Below, in pieces: positions 21,201 to 29,752 of a stretch of 64,000 nt of DNA (position 1 is the stretch's first letter; each line of letters starts with the position of its first letter). The position numbers and the translations under genes are program-made. Under the pieces are notes generated by a model that was given only the letters and a program-made list of their open reading frames with translations, did not search any database and was not told the DNA's origin. The DNA is from Reclinomonas americana ATCC 50394 (lineage: Eukaryota), in the NCBI GenBank assembly GCA_048213135.1, contig PS015009.1:496001-560000 (forward strand). The letters run 5' to 3'.

Positions 21201-21764
21201 TTTACGCTGGGTACCCGTGGTAATTACAATATCCTTCCTGTTCAACTGCTTAGTTTCAGGGCTTACTGGAACAATGGACAGGCCAGGCTGCAGTGGATCA
21301 CGGAACAGGAGCAACTGGTTGATCATTACGAGATTGAAAAGAGTACCGACGGTAATTCCTTCTATCGTATCGGAAGTGAAAACGCGTTCAATAACCCCCA
21401 GCGTTACACGTATAACAGCCTGGATACCAATCCTGTAAGCGGTTGGAACTACTACCGCCTGAAAGTGGTGGACAAAAACGGAAAAGCATCTTACTCATTG
21501 ATTGCCAGGCTTTGGGCTGGTGCTGCAGACCAGCAACTGCTCGTATATCCCAACCCGGTTAAGGACGAACTGAAAATAAATTTGCCGCAAACAAGCAGCA
21601 TTTCCATTATACAGGTTGTCAATATGAGCGGACAGGTTGCTAAACAACTGGCAACCACGGATCAGTCCCTTACCATTAATGTTGGATTTTTGAGTAGCGG
21701 CTCTTATATATTGAGGGTCATCACCGACCGACAAACAATCTCTCAAAAATTCATCAAGCAATAA
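18297..21764 (+). CDS. T9SS-secreted protein with N-terminal lamin-tail domain, Fn3-like module and type A C-terminal sorting domain
   Basis: Signal peptide; LVISQVYGGG..DYVELHN; LTAGTQYYF; LPVQLLSF..VYPNP..KFIKQ. Confidence 0.9.
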   Translation: MRKICLALLAVLLLSSARSQSTTLVISQVYGGGQSASATYNADYVELHNISNAAISLNGKSVQYGASGNTTWTGNFALPNVSIPAGGYYLIRMSATGTGAALPTPDAVSGTIGMSATAGKVALVNGTSTLANCSSASIIDMVGYGSAVCFEGSAACPALTVTTAGFRALNGCQDTDQNGTDFSTAAAAPRNSASAVNLCSASCSTPSQKPTDMRYGGSPTSTSMTVYFTRGNGTGSLVVCRQGAPVNAVPTGGTAYTANTTFGSGTDLGGGNYAVFSTAFKGVNAFTVTGLTAGTQYYFSAFEYNDPGKCYTATGLVDSFTVGSTILHTGDMAFIGWDNTAAASGEDKLYIMNTVDISKGTRFSLVNSRFESGAAANTRTNRWYSGGDDPYQNPYCFEFEYAGASAIAKGSVISVQSNSVSGFTGFTINGTSVPSSDFIVISSGVNSNFLSTAGGDQVYIVQGRFTPYGTAGTDRYNLLSGVVLHGFTAGLSWVPLTSSVSAATNGTGRESRIPPDILCTALEFPLAGDAYGVYKRSAGTAGTKNELLSTIRNTASNWTSGAGTATVNDVPLSEPNVNNSYTINLSANADGDWIGTTSSDWFDCNNWESLHVPDSTTDAGAGQGLPFFAQINAATSTYAKQYDYIARAGSLTVANNGNGTLTLTGSGNDKLVVEKNLSVSLWGGLIFENNANALGDTIWVHGAFYCSQPVFGFTKGMGTIVMDEARFNVTPNVIQASVGTNGFYTLVMNNTRSVNITTPVTVSNNLNLQNGYINTSTAGTFTLASTAGITSPVNVYGQTNKGWFGSFVNGKMYYDADASSTNMVFPVGKYTTTDTAYAPAELTKTNTTAATYDAEYFPVAYSDLTVDIAQLHHVSKVEHWLINSTVTSADAKVTLSWRPRSQVGNGTASLAPLDSLMVSHYFDDDGAGGNPYLWHVDGGSNVIMPKNAGYNLNYGLITTIASTSTYSPFTLGTRGNYNILPVQLLSFRAYWNNGQARLQWITEQEQLVDHYEIEKSTDGNSFYRIGSENAFNNPQRYTYNSLDTNPVSGWNYYRLKVVDKNGKASYSLIARLWAGAADQQLLVYPNPVKDELKINLPQTSSISIIQVVNMSGQVAKQLATTDQSLTINVGFLSSGSYILRVITDRQTISQKFIKQ

Positions 21765-21793
21765 GTTGTTTACCCAAAACCAACTGCCTGAAG

Positions 21794-21820
21794 TCCCGCC
21801 CAAGTGGCGGGATTTTTTTT
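21794..21820 (+). terminator. Rho-independent terminator
   Basis: TCCCGCC-caagt-GGCGGGA followed by T8. Confidence 0.9.
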
Positions 21821-21924
21821 GCCACCTTGTTCCTTTTTCTACCCAATATTGGTCATTTTCATGTGTGTGAACAGCACTGGTTTGCTTTTTGCAACTTAAA
21901 GAGCAGAATCAAACCAGTTTTATT

Positions 21925-22188
21925 ATGAAAAAGACATTATTAATAGTATTGATCATTGCCGCTTGTTTTCATCTGCCTGCACAGGTTGTGGTACCGGTTC
22001 CACCGCCGCCACCGGGTGCGCCTTTACCACCTGCACCCCCGGGTGTGAAACATGTGGTGGTAAGACCACCTCATCCAAGAGTAGTGAGACCGGCACACCC
22101 CAGGTATTATTACAAAAAGCATTACTACTACAAACGCCATTATACTTATAAAAGGCATTATTACTACAAGAAACACCGCAGGTGGTAA
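21925..22188 (+). CDS. Small secreted Pro-rich protein with a His/Tyr/Lys hexapeptide-repeat tail
   Basis: Signal peptide MKKTLL..PAQ; RYYYKK-HYYYKR-HYTYKR-HYYYKK; followed by a hairpin. Confidence 0.7.
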   Translation: MKKTLLIVLIIAACFHLPAQVVVPVPPPPPGAPLPPAPPGVKHVVVRPPHPRVVRPAHPRYYYKKHYYYKRHYTYKRHYYYKKHRRW

Positions 22189-22206
22189 CAGCAGCTTACC
22201 TTTATA

Positions 22207-22236
22207 AACAAGGCCCCGCAGAAACGGGGCTTTGTT
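22207..22236 (+). terminator. Terminator-like hairpin
   Basis: AACAAGGCCCCG-cagaaa-CGGGGCTTTGTT. Confidence 0.75.
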
Positions 22237-22307
22237 GTGTCTGAAAAAAATAATGACTTTTGTATGGATTATTTCACCCCTTGCATCTAAACATCAAAAC
22301 CAACTAC

Positions 22308-22688
22308 ATGAAACGAATACTCCTGCTTGCAGTTCTGCCCTGCATAGCACTGCAGCTGGCTGCACAGAGCAGTTCAAAAAAAGTTCCGCCACCGCCGCCG
22401 CCGCCAAAAGTAGCAACACCACCACCTCCTCCTCCTCCCGGTCATCCGCCACCTCCACCGCCACCGGGCAAAACAGTCAAGCAAGTCAGGTTCACTCCGC
22501 CGGTCATTGTAAACAGTAAAGGTTATGCCATGAGTGTAAGACGCATCAATGGTGTTGAGAATGTACAGGTGAAGAAGGGTAAAATGAGCAAACTGGTCAA
22601 ACTCAGCGACTGGAATGCCAGGCAGGCCTACTATGAAAATCTTTATGGTGAACTGCCACCACCGCCACCACCACCGGTAAAACAATAG
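22308..22688 (+). CDS. Small secreted poly-proline protein
   Basis: Signal peptide MKRILL..LAAQ; four poly-Pro tracts around a small globular segment. Confidence 0.75.
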   Translation: MKRILLLAVLPCIALQLAAQSSSKKVPPPPPPPKVATPPPPPPPGHPPPPPPPGKTVKQVRFTPPVIVNSKGYAMSVRRINGVENVQVKKGKMSKLVKLSDWNARQAYYENLYGELPPPPPPPVKQ

Positions 22689-22704
22689 AGTTAAGCCATG
22701 TTAT

Positions 22705-22742
22705 AAAAAAGCCCCCGTGTTGACAGGGGGCTTTAATTTTTT
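22705..22742. terminator. Bidirectional terminator between convergent genes
   Basis: AAAGCCCCC...GGGGGCTTT with A-tract and T-tract flanks. Confidence 0.85.
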
Positions 22743-22754
22743 GTATGGTATCTC

Positions 22755-23105
22755 TTATACTGCGAAACTTTCGCCGCAACCGCAGCTCCTGCTGGCGTTG
22801 GGATTGTTGAAGTAAAATCCTTTACCGTTCAGTCCGTCGCTGAATTCCAGTTCTGTATTCACCAGGTAAAGAAAACTCTTCAGATCGGTAACGATCTTCA
22901 ATCCTTTATCTTCGAACACCTGGTCCATAGGTTTTACTTCATTATCAAAATCGAGCTTATAACTTAAGCCGCTGCAACCACCACCAACAACACCTACCCT
23001 CAGGAAGTAGGCATCATCACCGGCAACGCCTGCCTCTTCCATCAGCCTGGTCACTTTGTCTTTGGCTTTGTCGCTAATGTATATAGAATTATCTGTTGCC
23101 ACCAT
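22755..23105 (-). CDS. iscA: HesB/IscA Fe-S cluster assembly protein
   Basis: GGCSG and CGCGESF motifs. Confidence 0.93.
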   Translation of the reverse strand: MVATDNSIYISDKAKDKVTRLMEEAGVAGDDAYFLRVGVVGGGCSGLSYKLDFDNEVKPMDQVFEDKGLKIVTDLKSFLYLVNTELEFSDGLNGKGFYFNNPNASRSCGCGESFAV

Positions 23106-23166
23106 AATCGTAACTTTTGCTTTTGTATGTAAAGAATAGCAAAGTCCTGCGTTCAGCTGATCCTTC

Positions 23167-23586
23167 TTAGTGTACTACGCTTTCTTCAAACTTGATCGCT
23201 TCCATACCGTTCTTAACGCGGTAGTCATTGATCGCCGCTTTGATCGCATCTTCAGCCAGTACGCTGCAGTGGATCTTCACGGGCGGAAGGTTCAGTTCTT
23301 CCACGATGTCCATGTTATCGATCTTCAGCGCTTCATCAACAGTTTTGCCTTTCAGCCATTCTGTTGCCAGCGAGGAAGAAGCGATTGCGGAACCGCAACC
23401 AAAGGTTTTGAATTTAGCATCGGTGATCATACCGGTGGTTTCGTCTACCTGTATCTGCAGACGCATAACGTCGCCGCATTCAGGAGCACCTACCAGGCCT
23501 GTTCCCACAGCTTTGTCTGATTTATCAAGCGTACCTACATTCTTAGGATTCTGATAGTGATCTATTACTTTTTCTGAGTATGCCAT
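23167..23586 (-). CDS. iscU: Fe-S cluster scaffold IscU
   Basis: GAPECGD, FGCGSAIASSS and LPPVKIHCS motifs. Confidence 0.96.
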   Translation of the reverse strand: MAYSEKVIDHYQNPKNVGTLDKSDKAVGTGLVGAPECGDVMRLQIQVDETTGMITDAKFKTFGCGSAIASSSLATEWLKGKTVDEALKIDNMDIVEELNLPPVKIHCSVLAEDAIKAAINDYRVKNGMEAIKFEESVVH

Positions 23587-23652
23587 TGTATTAATTTGAA
23601 AATTTTAAAATTTATCAATGTGATCATTTGCATTGCCACATTGGTTCTTGTT

Positions 23653-24870
23653 TTAATGAGCCGCCCACTCAATAGTATTGAGGTCGATTCCGTCTTTATA
23701 CATTTCCCAGAGCGGGCTCATTTCACGCAACTTCAGTACAGTATCACCTACCGCTTTGATGGTGTATTCGATCTGCTCCTGCGTGGTAAACCTGCCCAAC
23801 CCAAAACGCAGCGAACTGTGTGCCAGGTCGTCGCCCAGGCCAAGCGCTTTCAGCACATAACTGGGTTCCAGTGAAGCTGAAGTACAGGCGCTTCCGCTGC
23901 TGAGGGCAATATTTTTGTTGAAGCCCATCATCAGGCCTTCACCTTCCACGTGTTTAAAAGAGATATTGGCCACATGCGGCAAACGGTGCTCGCGGCTGCC
24001 GTTAACATAGGCCTCTTCCAGTTTCAGGAGTTCTGTTTCCAGGTAGTCACGCATTTTGCTGATGCGTTTGGTATCTTCTTCCATATCCAGGCGGCAGAGT
24101 TCGCAGGCCTTACCAAACCCAACAATGCCGGGTACATTAAGGGTACCGCTGCGCATACCGCGTTCGTGACCGCCACCGTCCATTTGTGCGGTAACTTTTA
24201 CCCTTGGATTCTTACGGCGAACATAAAGAGCGCCGATACCTTTGGGTCCGTATATTTTATGGGCGGTCATCGCCATCAGGTCGATTCCGTCCTTATTTAC
24301 GTCAACAGGAATTTTACCTACCGCCTGCACACCGTCGGTAAAGAACAGTACACCATGTTTTTTGGCGATGGCGCTGATCTCTTTCACCGGTTGTATTACA
24401 CCAATCTCGTTGTTGGCATACATGATGGCGATAAGGATGGTAGTGGGTTTGATGGCCGCTTCCAGTTCTTTCAGGTCGATAAGACCTTCCGCATTTACCT
24501 GCAGGTAGGTTACTTCGCCACCGGCTTTCTCTACATGTTTACAGGTATCCAGCACCGCTTTGTGTTCGGTAGTGGCGGTAATGATATGGTTGCCCTTGCT
24601 GGCATACATTTCAAATACGCCTTTAATGGCCAGGTTATCGGCTTCGGTAGCGCCGGAAGTAAAAATGATCTCTTTTGGATCGGCGCCAATCAGTTTGGCC
24701 ACCTGTTCACGGGCATAGTCCACGGCTTCTTCCGCTTCCCATCCAAAGGGGTGGTTACGGCTGGCAGCGTTGCCAAAATGTTCCAGGAAATAGGGCGTCA
24801 TAGCTTCCAGCACCCTTGGATCCATGGGTGTGGTAGCGTTGTTATCTAAATAAATCGGCAGTTTCAACAT
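23653..24870 (-). CDS. iscS: Cysteine desulfurase IscS
   Basis: [18 protein letters not shown] and [17 protein letters not shown] motifs. Confidence 0.97.
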   Translation of the reverse strand: MLKLPIYLDNNATTPMDPRVLEAMTPYFLEHFGNAASRNHPFGWEAEEAVDYAREQVAKLIGADPKEIIFTSGATEADNLAIKGVFEMYASKGNHIITATTEHKAVLDTCKHVEKAGGEVTYLQVNAEGLIDLKELEAAIKPTTILIAIMYANNEIGVIQPVKEISAIAKKHGVLFFTDGVQAVGKIPVDVNKDGIDLMAMTAHKIYGPKGIGALYVRRKNPRVKVTAQMDGGGHERGMRSGTLNVPGIVGFGKACELCRLDMEEDTKRISKMRDYLETELLKLEEAYVNGSREHRLPHVANISFKHVEGEGLMMGFNKNIALSSGSACTSASLEPSYVLKALGLGDDLAHSSLRFGLGRFTTQEQIEYTIKAVGDTVLKLREMSPLWEMYKDGIDLNTIEWAAH

Positions 24871-24896
24871 AATCCTCTTGGTGTTTTTATTACAGG

Positions 24897-24904
24897 CAAA
24901 ATTA
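24897..24904 (-). promoter_or_regulatory. -7 promoter element (TAATTTTG) of iscSUA
   Basis: TAnnTTTG on the minus strand, 27 bp upstream of the iscS ATG. Confidence 0.55.
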
Positions 24905-25096
24905 CTACAAAAGCGCCGATTTCAGGTATCAATTTACCCCGGCGGCATTAAATTACCGATTTCGAAAAGGCCCGGCTTTTTTATGTAAAAGGGCGGGAAC
25001 CGGCATCGCCATCGTACAGCCGGGGCGGGTTTTACCAGTCATTTGACAGTGCTGCTGTCCGCTAAGGCTCACCAAATCACATTAAAACTTACTGCC

Positions 25097-27373
25097 ATGC
25101 AACAAACCTCCCGTTTTTTGCCCGCTCCCCTGTTCATCTTTGTCATGTTGTGTTTTTTTATTTCGGTGACAAGGGCCGGATCGCCGGGGTTATACCTCGT
25201 TACCGATAAAGAGAAGTACACCGACGGAGAACAGGTTCGTTTCCAGGCATTTATACTTTATCCTGCTCCTACTACCAACAATTCTCTTTTTGTAGGCCTG
25301 CTCGATTGTAAAGGCCGGGAAGTTTCCCGCAAAATTCTTCCGGCGGGTTCCGGATCGGCCTGGGGAAGTTTTGAGCTGCCGGAAAAATCGGAAGGCGACT
25401 TTTACCTGTACTGCTATATTACCGATAACCGGAACCAGGTACAATCTTACCTGACCCGAAAGATCGCGGTTACGGAAAACGGGGTTGCCACGACCGGGGC
25501 CACATCACCGGGCAATAGCCTTACCCTGTCGCTGGCCTGCGAGGGCAATACTTTTGTGGCGGAATGCCCTAACAACATCCTCATCAGGTGCACCGATGGT
25601 AATGGTGATCCTGCTGCTGCGGCCGGGCTGCTGCTCGACGATAAAGGAGCGCAGCTCTCCCGTTTCGAGACCAATGCCGGTGGTTATGTACGGATGCTGT
25701 TCAGCCCTGAAGAAAATGGCCGTTATCATATTGTAGCTACAGGCAAGAACGGGGCCACCACGCGGCAGGACCTGCCTGCCGTTGCCTCGTCGGGCGTAAG
25801 CATGAAAATAGCACTAACGGATACCAGTGTACGCTATACCGTTTTCTCTTATTCCGACAGTGCCGCGTTACCTGAATACATCTTCAGCGCCATATCCCGA
25901 ACCGATACAGTATACGCATCGGCCATCAGTTTTACCGGCGGACTAAGTGTTATTAAGGAAGACATCAGTTTCAATAAACTTCCCAAAGGGTTTCTTACTT
26001 TTTCGGTAACGGATAAAAAAGGAAACGTGGCAGCCAAAAGGATCTTTTACAATTGGAAAGAAACGTCGAAAAACAGTTTCATCAGGGTGATGGATACCGT
26101 TGCCCAAAGGGAAGCCCTGGTTACACTGCCGGCTTATGTCAATGGCGATGCCTGTTTGACCATTGCTCCTGGTCAACCCGCCGCAGCTGTGAAAGGACCA
26201 CAGCCAACCGAAGCCTACAGTTTCATCGACAATACCGGCAACAATGATGCTGCCTTCAACGATTACCTCATCGCCTGCCAGCTGGCGCCGGTATACTATA
26301 CGGCTGTCCGCGACAGCATCAACCGGTTCCTAGCCCTCGACGGAATAATGCATTACGCTGACAACAAGATCGTCAAAAACAAAGCCGTAACACTGGTGAT
26401 CACACAAAAGGACCAGGGAAAAAGTTTCCTGTCAACCGCAACAGATAAAACCGGCAGGCTGAAACTGAATAACCTCGTATTCTTTGATTCCGCCACGGTG
26501 TATTACCAGTTGGCTGACAAATCGGATGAGAATAACAACTATGTATCGCTTGACCTTGCCATAACACCCGCCCGGCAGGATATTCCCCACGAATGGCTGC
26601 CCAAAGATGCAGGTTGTATACCTGTACCGGTTGGTGGTAAAGAAACCGCAGGCAACTCTTCTGTTCAAAACGGAAATAACATCAACAGCAGCGGTTTGCC
26701 GGGTGAAAAAACACTGCAGGGTGTAACCGTTACCGCTGAAAAGCCAAAGCAAAAAACATTAACGGAACAATACCTGGAAAAGAGAGGCCCGGGCCAGTTC
26801 GACAGGCAGACTTTCCTGCGCAGCCAGTTCAACTTTCTCGAAAACCCGCAACTGATCGACAATACCAACCTGCTCGATTTCATCCGCGGCAGAATGGGCG
26901 GCTTCACTGTTACCTATTATAAAGGACGTCCCATCATTATGGGTTCATCGGGCCTGGCTGCAAGTATTTTCCTTGATGATATAGAACTGGACTCCACCGA
27001 CCTCGATCTTATTTCTCAATTGTCTATACGGGAAATAGCCATGGTAAAATACTACAGCCTGGGTGTGAAGCCCGGCTATAATGGTGGCGGCTCGCTTATG
27101 ATCTATACCCTCAGGGGTTTTTCGACACCTGAAACAGCGGTAAGAGGTATGCCCAAAACTGTTATCACCGGTTATGCTTCGGAAAAACGCCTGCCTGCTT
27201 CCGGCAATAACGGTTACTCCTTATACTGGCAGCCCGGCTATGATCCGGAGAGGGAACCCGTTATTTATATGCGGTTGCCCGACAATTATAAACAAGGCAT
27301 TCGTCTTACGCTGGAAGGAGTGAACAACCAGATGGCTCCTTACCGTTTTACGCAGGAGCTGGTATTCCGGTAA
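25097..27373 (+). CDS. Secreted hypothetical protein with MG2-like N-terminus and TonB-plug-like C-terminal region
   Basis: Signal peptide; LYLVTDKEKYTDGEQV (MG2-like start); LQGVTVTA and GGSLMIYT plug-like motifs. Confidence 0.6.
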   Translation: MQQTSRFLPAPLFIFVMLCFFISVTRAGSPGLYLVTDKEKYTDGEQVRFQAFILYPAPTTNNSLFVGLLDCKGREVSRKILPAGSGSAWGSFELPEKSEGDFYLYCYITDNRNQVQSYLTRKIAVTENGVATTGATSPGNSLTLSLACEGNTFVAECPNNILIRCTDGNGDPAAAAGLLLDDKGAQLSRFETNAGGYVRMLFSPEENGRYHIVATGKNGATTRQDLPAVASSGVSMKIALTDTSVRYTVFSYSDSAALPEYIFSAISRTDTVYASAISFTGGLSVIKEDISFNKLPKGFLTFSVTDKKGNVAAKRIFYNWKETSKNSFIRVMDTVAQREALVTLPAYVNGDACLTIAPGQPAAAVKGPQPTEAYSFIDNTGNNDAAFNDYLIACQLAPVYYTAVRDSINRFLALDGIMHYADNKIVKNKAVTLVITQKDQGKSFLSTATDKTGRLKLNNLVFFDSATVYYQLADKSDENNNYVSLDLAITPARQDIPHEWLPKDAGCIPVPVGGKETAGNSSVQNGNNINSSGLPGEKTLQGVTVTAEKPKQKTLTEQYLEKRGPGQFDRQTFLRSQFNFLENPQLIDNTNLLDFIRGRMGGFTVTYYKGRPIIMGSSGLAASIFLDDIELDSTDLDLISQLSIREIAMVKYYSLGVKPGYNGGGSLMIYTLRGFSTPETAVRGMPKTVITGYASEKRLPASGNNGYSLYWQPGYDPEREPVIYMRLPDNYKQGIRLTLEGVNNQMAPYRFTQELVFR

Positions 27374-27408
27374 AAGGCAAATGCCTACTTTTGCGAAAAC
27401 AGGAAACT

Positions 27409-27813
27409 ATGCTGAAAGTAGAACATATTGGTATCGCCGTAAAGAACATGAAGGACGCTGTGCCCCTGTATGAAAAATTACTCAACAGTCCCTGTTATAA
27501 AACCGAAGCCGTGGAATCGGAGAAGGTGAACACCGCTTTTTTCCGCCAGGGCGAAACTAAAATTGAATTGCTCGAAAGCACCGACCCCGATGGGGTTATC
27601 GCCCGTTTCATTGAAAAGAAAGGCGAAGGATTGCACCACATTGCTTTTGATGTGGCCGATATTAAGGCCGAAATGGCCAGGTTACAATCAGAAGGATTCA
27701 CGCTTTTAAATGCGGAACCCAAGAGGGGTGCCGATAATAAACTGGTTTGTTTTCTTCATCCTAAAGGTACTGCAGGTGTGCTGGTGGAGTTGTGCCAGGA
27801 GATTAAGGATTGA
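27409..27813 (+). CDS. mce: Methylmalonyl-CoA epimerase
   Basis: EHIGIAV, GEGLHHIAF and FLHPK..GVLVELCQ; TACTTTTG -7 box at 27386-27393 supports this start. Confidence 0.93.
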   Translation: MLKVEHIGIAVKNMKDAVPLYEKLLNSPCYKTEAVESEKVNTAFFRQGETKIELLESTDPDGVIARFIEKKGEGLHHIAFDVADIKAEMARLQSEGFTLLNAEPKRGADNKLVCFLHPKGTAGVLVELCQEIKD

Positions 27814-27949
27814 ACTGCAGTAAAGCCACTGTAATAACATCGTAAACTTTTATACCCGGGCAAAGTCCGGAAGAATTACCTGTCACAAGTGACCGCTGAA
27901 TCGGAACATTTGCGCCGGAGAGTTATTTAGCAAAGATTAGTAACCAGGA

Positions 27950-28303
27950 ATGAAACCTTATAAATTTATTAAGACCGGGAACGACTGGTACATAGACCTT
28001 CCTGAGTTCCTTGAACAGGGTGGCAGCATTGGCGATTTGCAAATGGTCGATGGTGCGGACAAAATGCTCGATATGATGTCCGGCAATGAGAGTTCCGTTA
28101 TTGTTTATGCGGCCAGAGAAAAATTTGAAGGTGCAGACATACTTACCTTAACAGAAAAGTGCGAGCCTTATGTTGGTGGCGGATATTACATGATGAAATA
28201 TTATGAAGGGCAGGAAATTAACCAAACATTGTGGCTATGCCAGGTGACGGAATTCGTATTTGGCGATATCCCTCAACAAATCTTTGTAAAAAAAGAAATC
28301 TGA
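27950..28303 (+). CDS. Hypothetical protein (DUF6717-like)
   Basis: WYIDLP, MVDGADKMLD and LWLCQVTEFVFG pattern. Confidence 0.6.
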   Translation: MKPYKFIKTGNDWYIDLPEFLEQGGSIGDLQMVDGADKMLDMMSGNESSVIVYAAREKFEGADILTLTEKCEPYVGGGYYMMKYYEGQEINQTLWLCQVTEFVFGDIPQQIFVKKEI

Positions 28304-28379
28304 TTTAACCCGGCTTAGTTACAAATGAGTATTGCGGCAACAGCTTTGCGAACTCTGCGCAAACTTCGCTTCTTTGCGG

Positions 28380-29225
28380 TTACAACACACTCATCACATC
28401 CGTTATTTTGAACTGGCTGAGATCGAAATATTTTTCGTCGGCAGACAGGCTGTACGCTTTCAGGTCGCGTTGTGAAACGGGTACGCCGTTCTTATCATAG
28501 ATCACCATACGCACCATGAAACCATTGGGTACGTCTTTACTGGTGGCACTGCCTTTGTATTTGTATTCACTCAGCCGGGCTCCCATCATGTAGTTATCGC
28601 CCAGGTCAACTTTCACATCTTTGGAAATCCACGCGTCGAAGCTGCGGTTATGATAGTCTTTGGTATAGGTGTATTTGTAGAGTGTGCAGTTGTACCCGTT
28701 GATCACCTGCATTTCACCGGTATTTTTCCAGCCGTCATTAATGGCACGGTTCTCCGCATCTTTCTTTGCCGATGCTTCCGCCATCTTCTGCATATTAATC
28801 AGCGGCATCTTGGTTGCCCGCTTATCCCGTACGTTCACCATGTAATTGGCTTTGTCGGCATAGTTGTAGATCATCCAGCTTTCATTTTTGCTCCCTTCAT
28901 CAGATACAATACATTCTCCTGTTTTGCCAAATATCATTTTTTGTACCATTGTTCTTTTCACTTCTCCTTTTTTGTTCAGGTCCTTATGTTCGAATACCAG
29001 GGTAGCCTGCACTTTATTGGTGGGGTCTTTATAGCGCTTATCATTTTCGTACGTGACCTTTTTCAGTTCCTCCCGTCCTTTGGTACGTTGTGAATCGGCG
29101 TATTTGTGTTCCATGTCTTTTTCAATAGCACGGCGCACTTGTCCGCGCTGGGCAGATGTGGTGGCAATCGCAGATAAAAAGACCAGGAAAAGAAAGGCAA
29201 AGCGTAAGTGTTGATGCGGTTTCAT
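28380..29225 (-). CDS. Secreted DUF4412/GLPGLI-like protein
   Basis: Signal peptide; TGEMQVINGYNC..Y..W motif. Confidence 0.65.
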   Translation of the reverse strand: MKPHQHLRFAFLFLVFLSAIATTSAQRGQVRRAIEKDMEHKYADSQRTKGREELKKVTYENDKRYKDPTNKVQATLVFEHKDLNKKGEVKRTMVQKMIFGKTGECIVSDEGSKNESWMIYNYADKANYMVNVRDKRATKMPLINMQKMAEASAKKDAENRAINDGWKNTGEMQVINGYNCTLYKYTYTKDYHNRSFDAWISKDVKVDLGDNYMMGARLSEYKYKGSATSKDVPNGFMVRMVIYDKNGVPVSQRDLKAYSLSADEKYFDLSQFKITDVMSVL

Positions 29226-29752
29226 AAAGCTGCATTTGGTGTTACAGGAAATTACGGGGTAAAACTATTTTTTTCTGGCGGGATGGACTATACCCTTTTA
29301 GGGTAATAAGGATAAAACATTGAGAATAAGCAACTAACTGTGTAAGAACTCAGAGTAAATTTGTAAAAAGGGGAATAAATTCTCTAAAAGAGGGAAATAG
29401 ATGCATGTAATTGGTAAATACTATTGTAAGAAGTGAAACAACTTCGCTAACGCTTGTAAAACAATAGCAAAAAATAAAAATGAGGAGTGAATTTACGCAA
29501 CGGAGGATGGAGAAGATAAAAATAAATTGTGGATTGGATAACCCGGTAGAATTATTTGTCACAAGTGATTTGCCTAGACAGGACACTTGCACCAGAGAGA
29601 CATTACTCGGAGATTAGGGTTATTTCTACCGGAAAATCCCTCTAAATTGAATTTAGAGATTATTAATTGCATTTTTTTTGTAATATTGTCTCAAAGTATC
29701 TTGTTTGAAAGATACATTACCCTAAAATGAATACCTAAATCCGTCTGAGCTT

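Noticed and set aside
21925-22688. Small Pro-rich ORFs as precursors for the LanB cluster
   Set aside because: They are 15 kb away, carry Sec signal peptides and lack a Ser/Thr/Cys-rich core
23950-24849. Long antisense ORFs (also 45093-45941, 52335-53156, 54390-55280, 57252-58091)
   Set aside because: They overlap well-supported genes on the opposite strand, as expected from codon bias
29291-29305. TACCCT-N3-AGGGTA palindrome upstream of the DUF4412-like gene
   Set aside because: Single occurrence with no assignable regulator; too weak to call
29350-29592. 80-aa minus-strand ORF at the left edge of the island
   Set aside because: Low-complexity AT-rich sequence with no motif; more likely the promoter region of the Rhs locus
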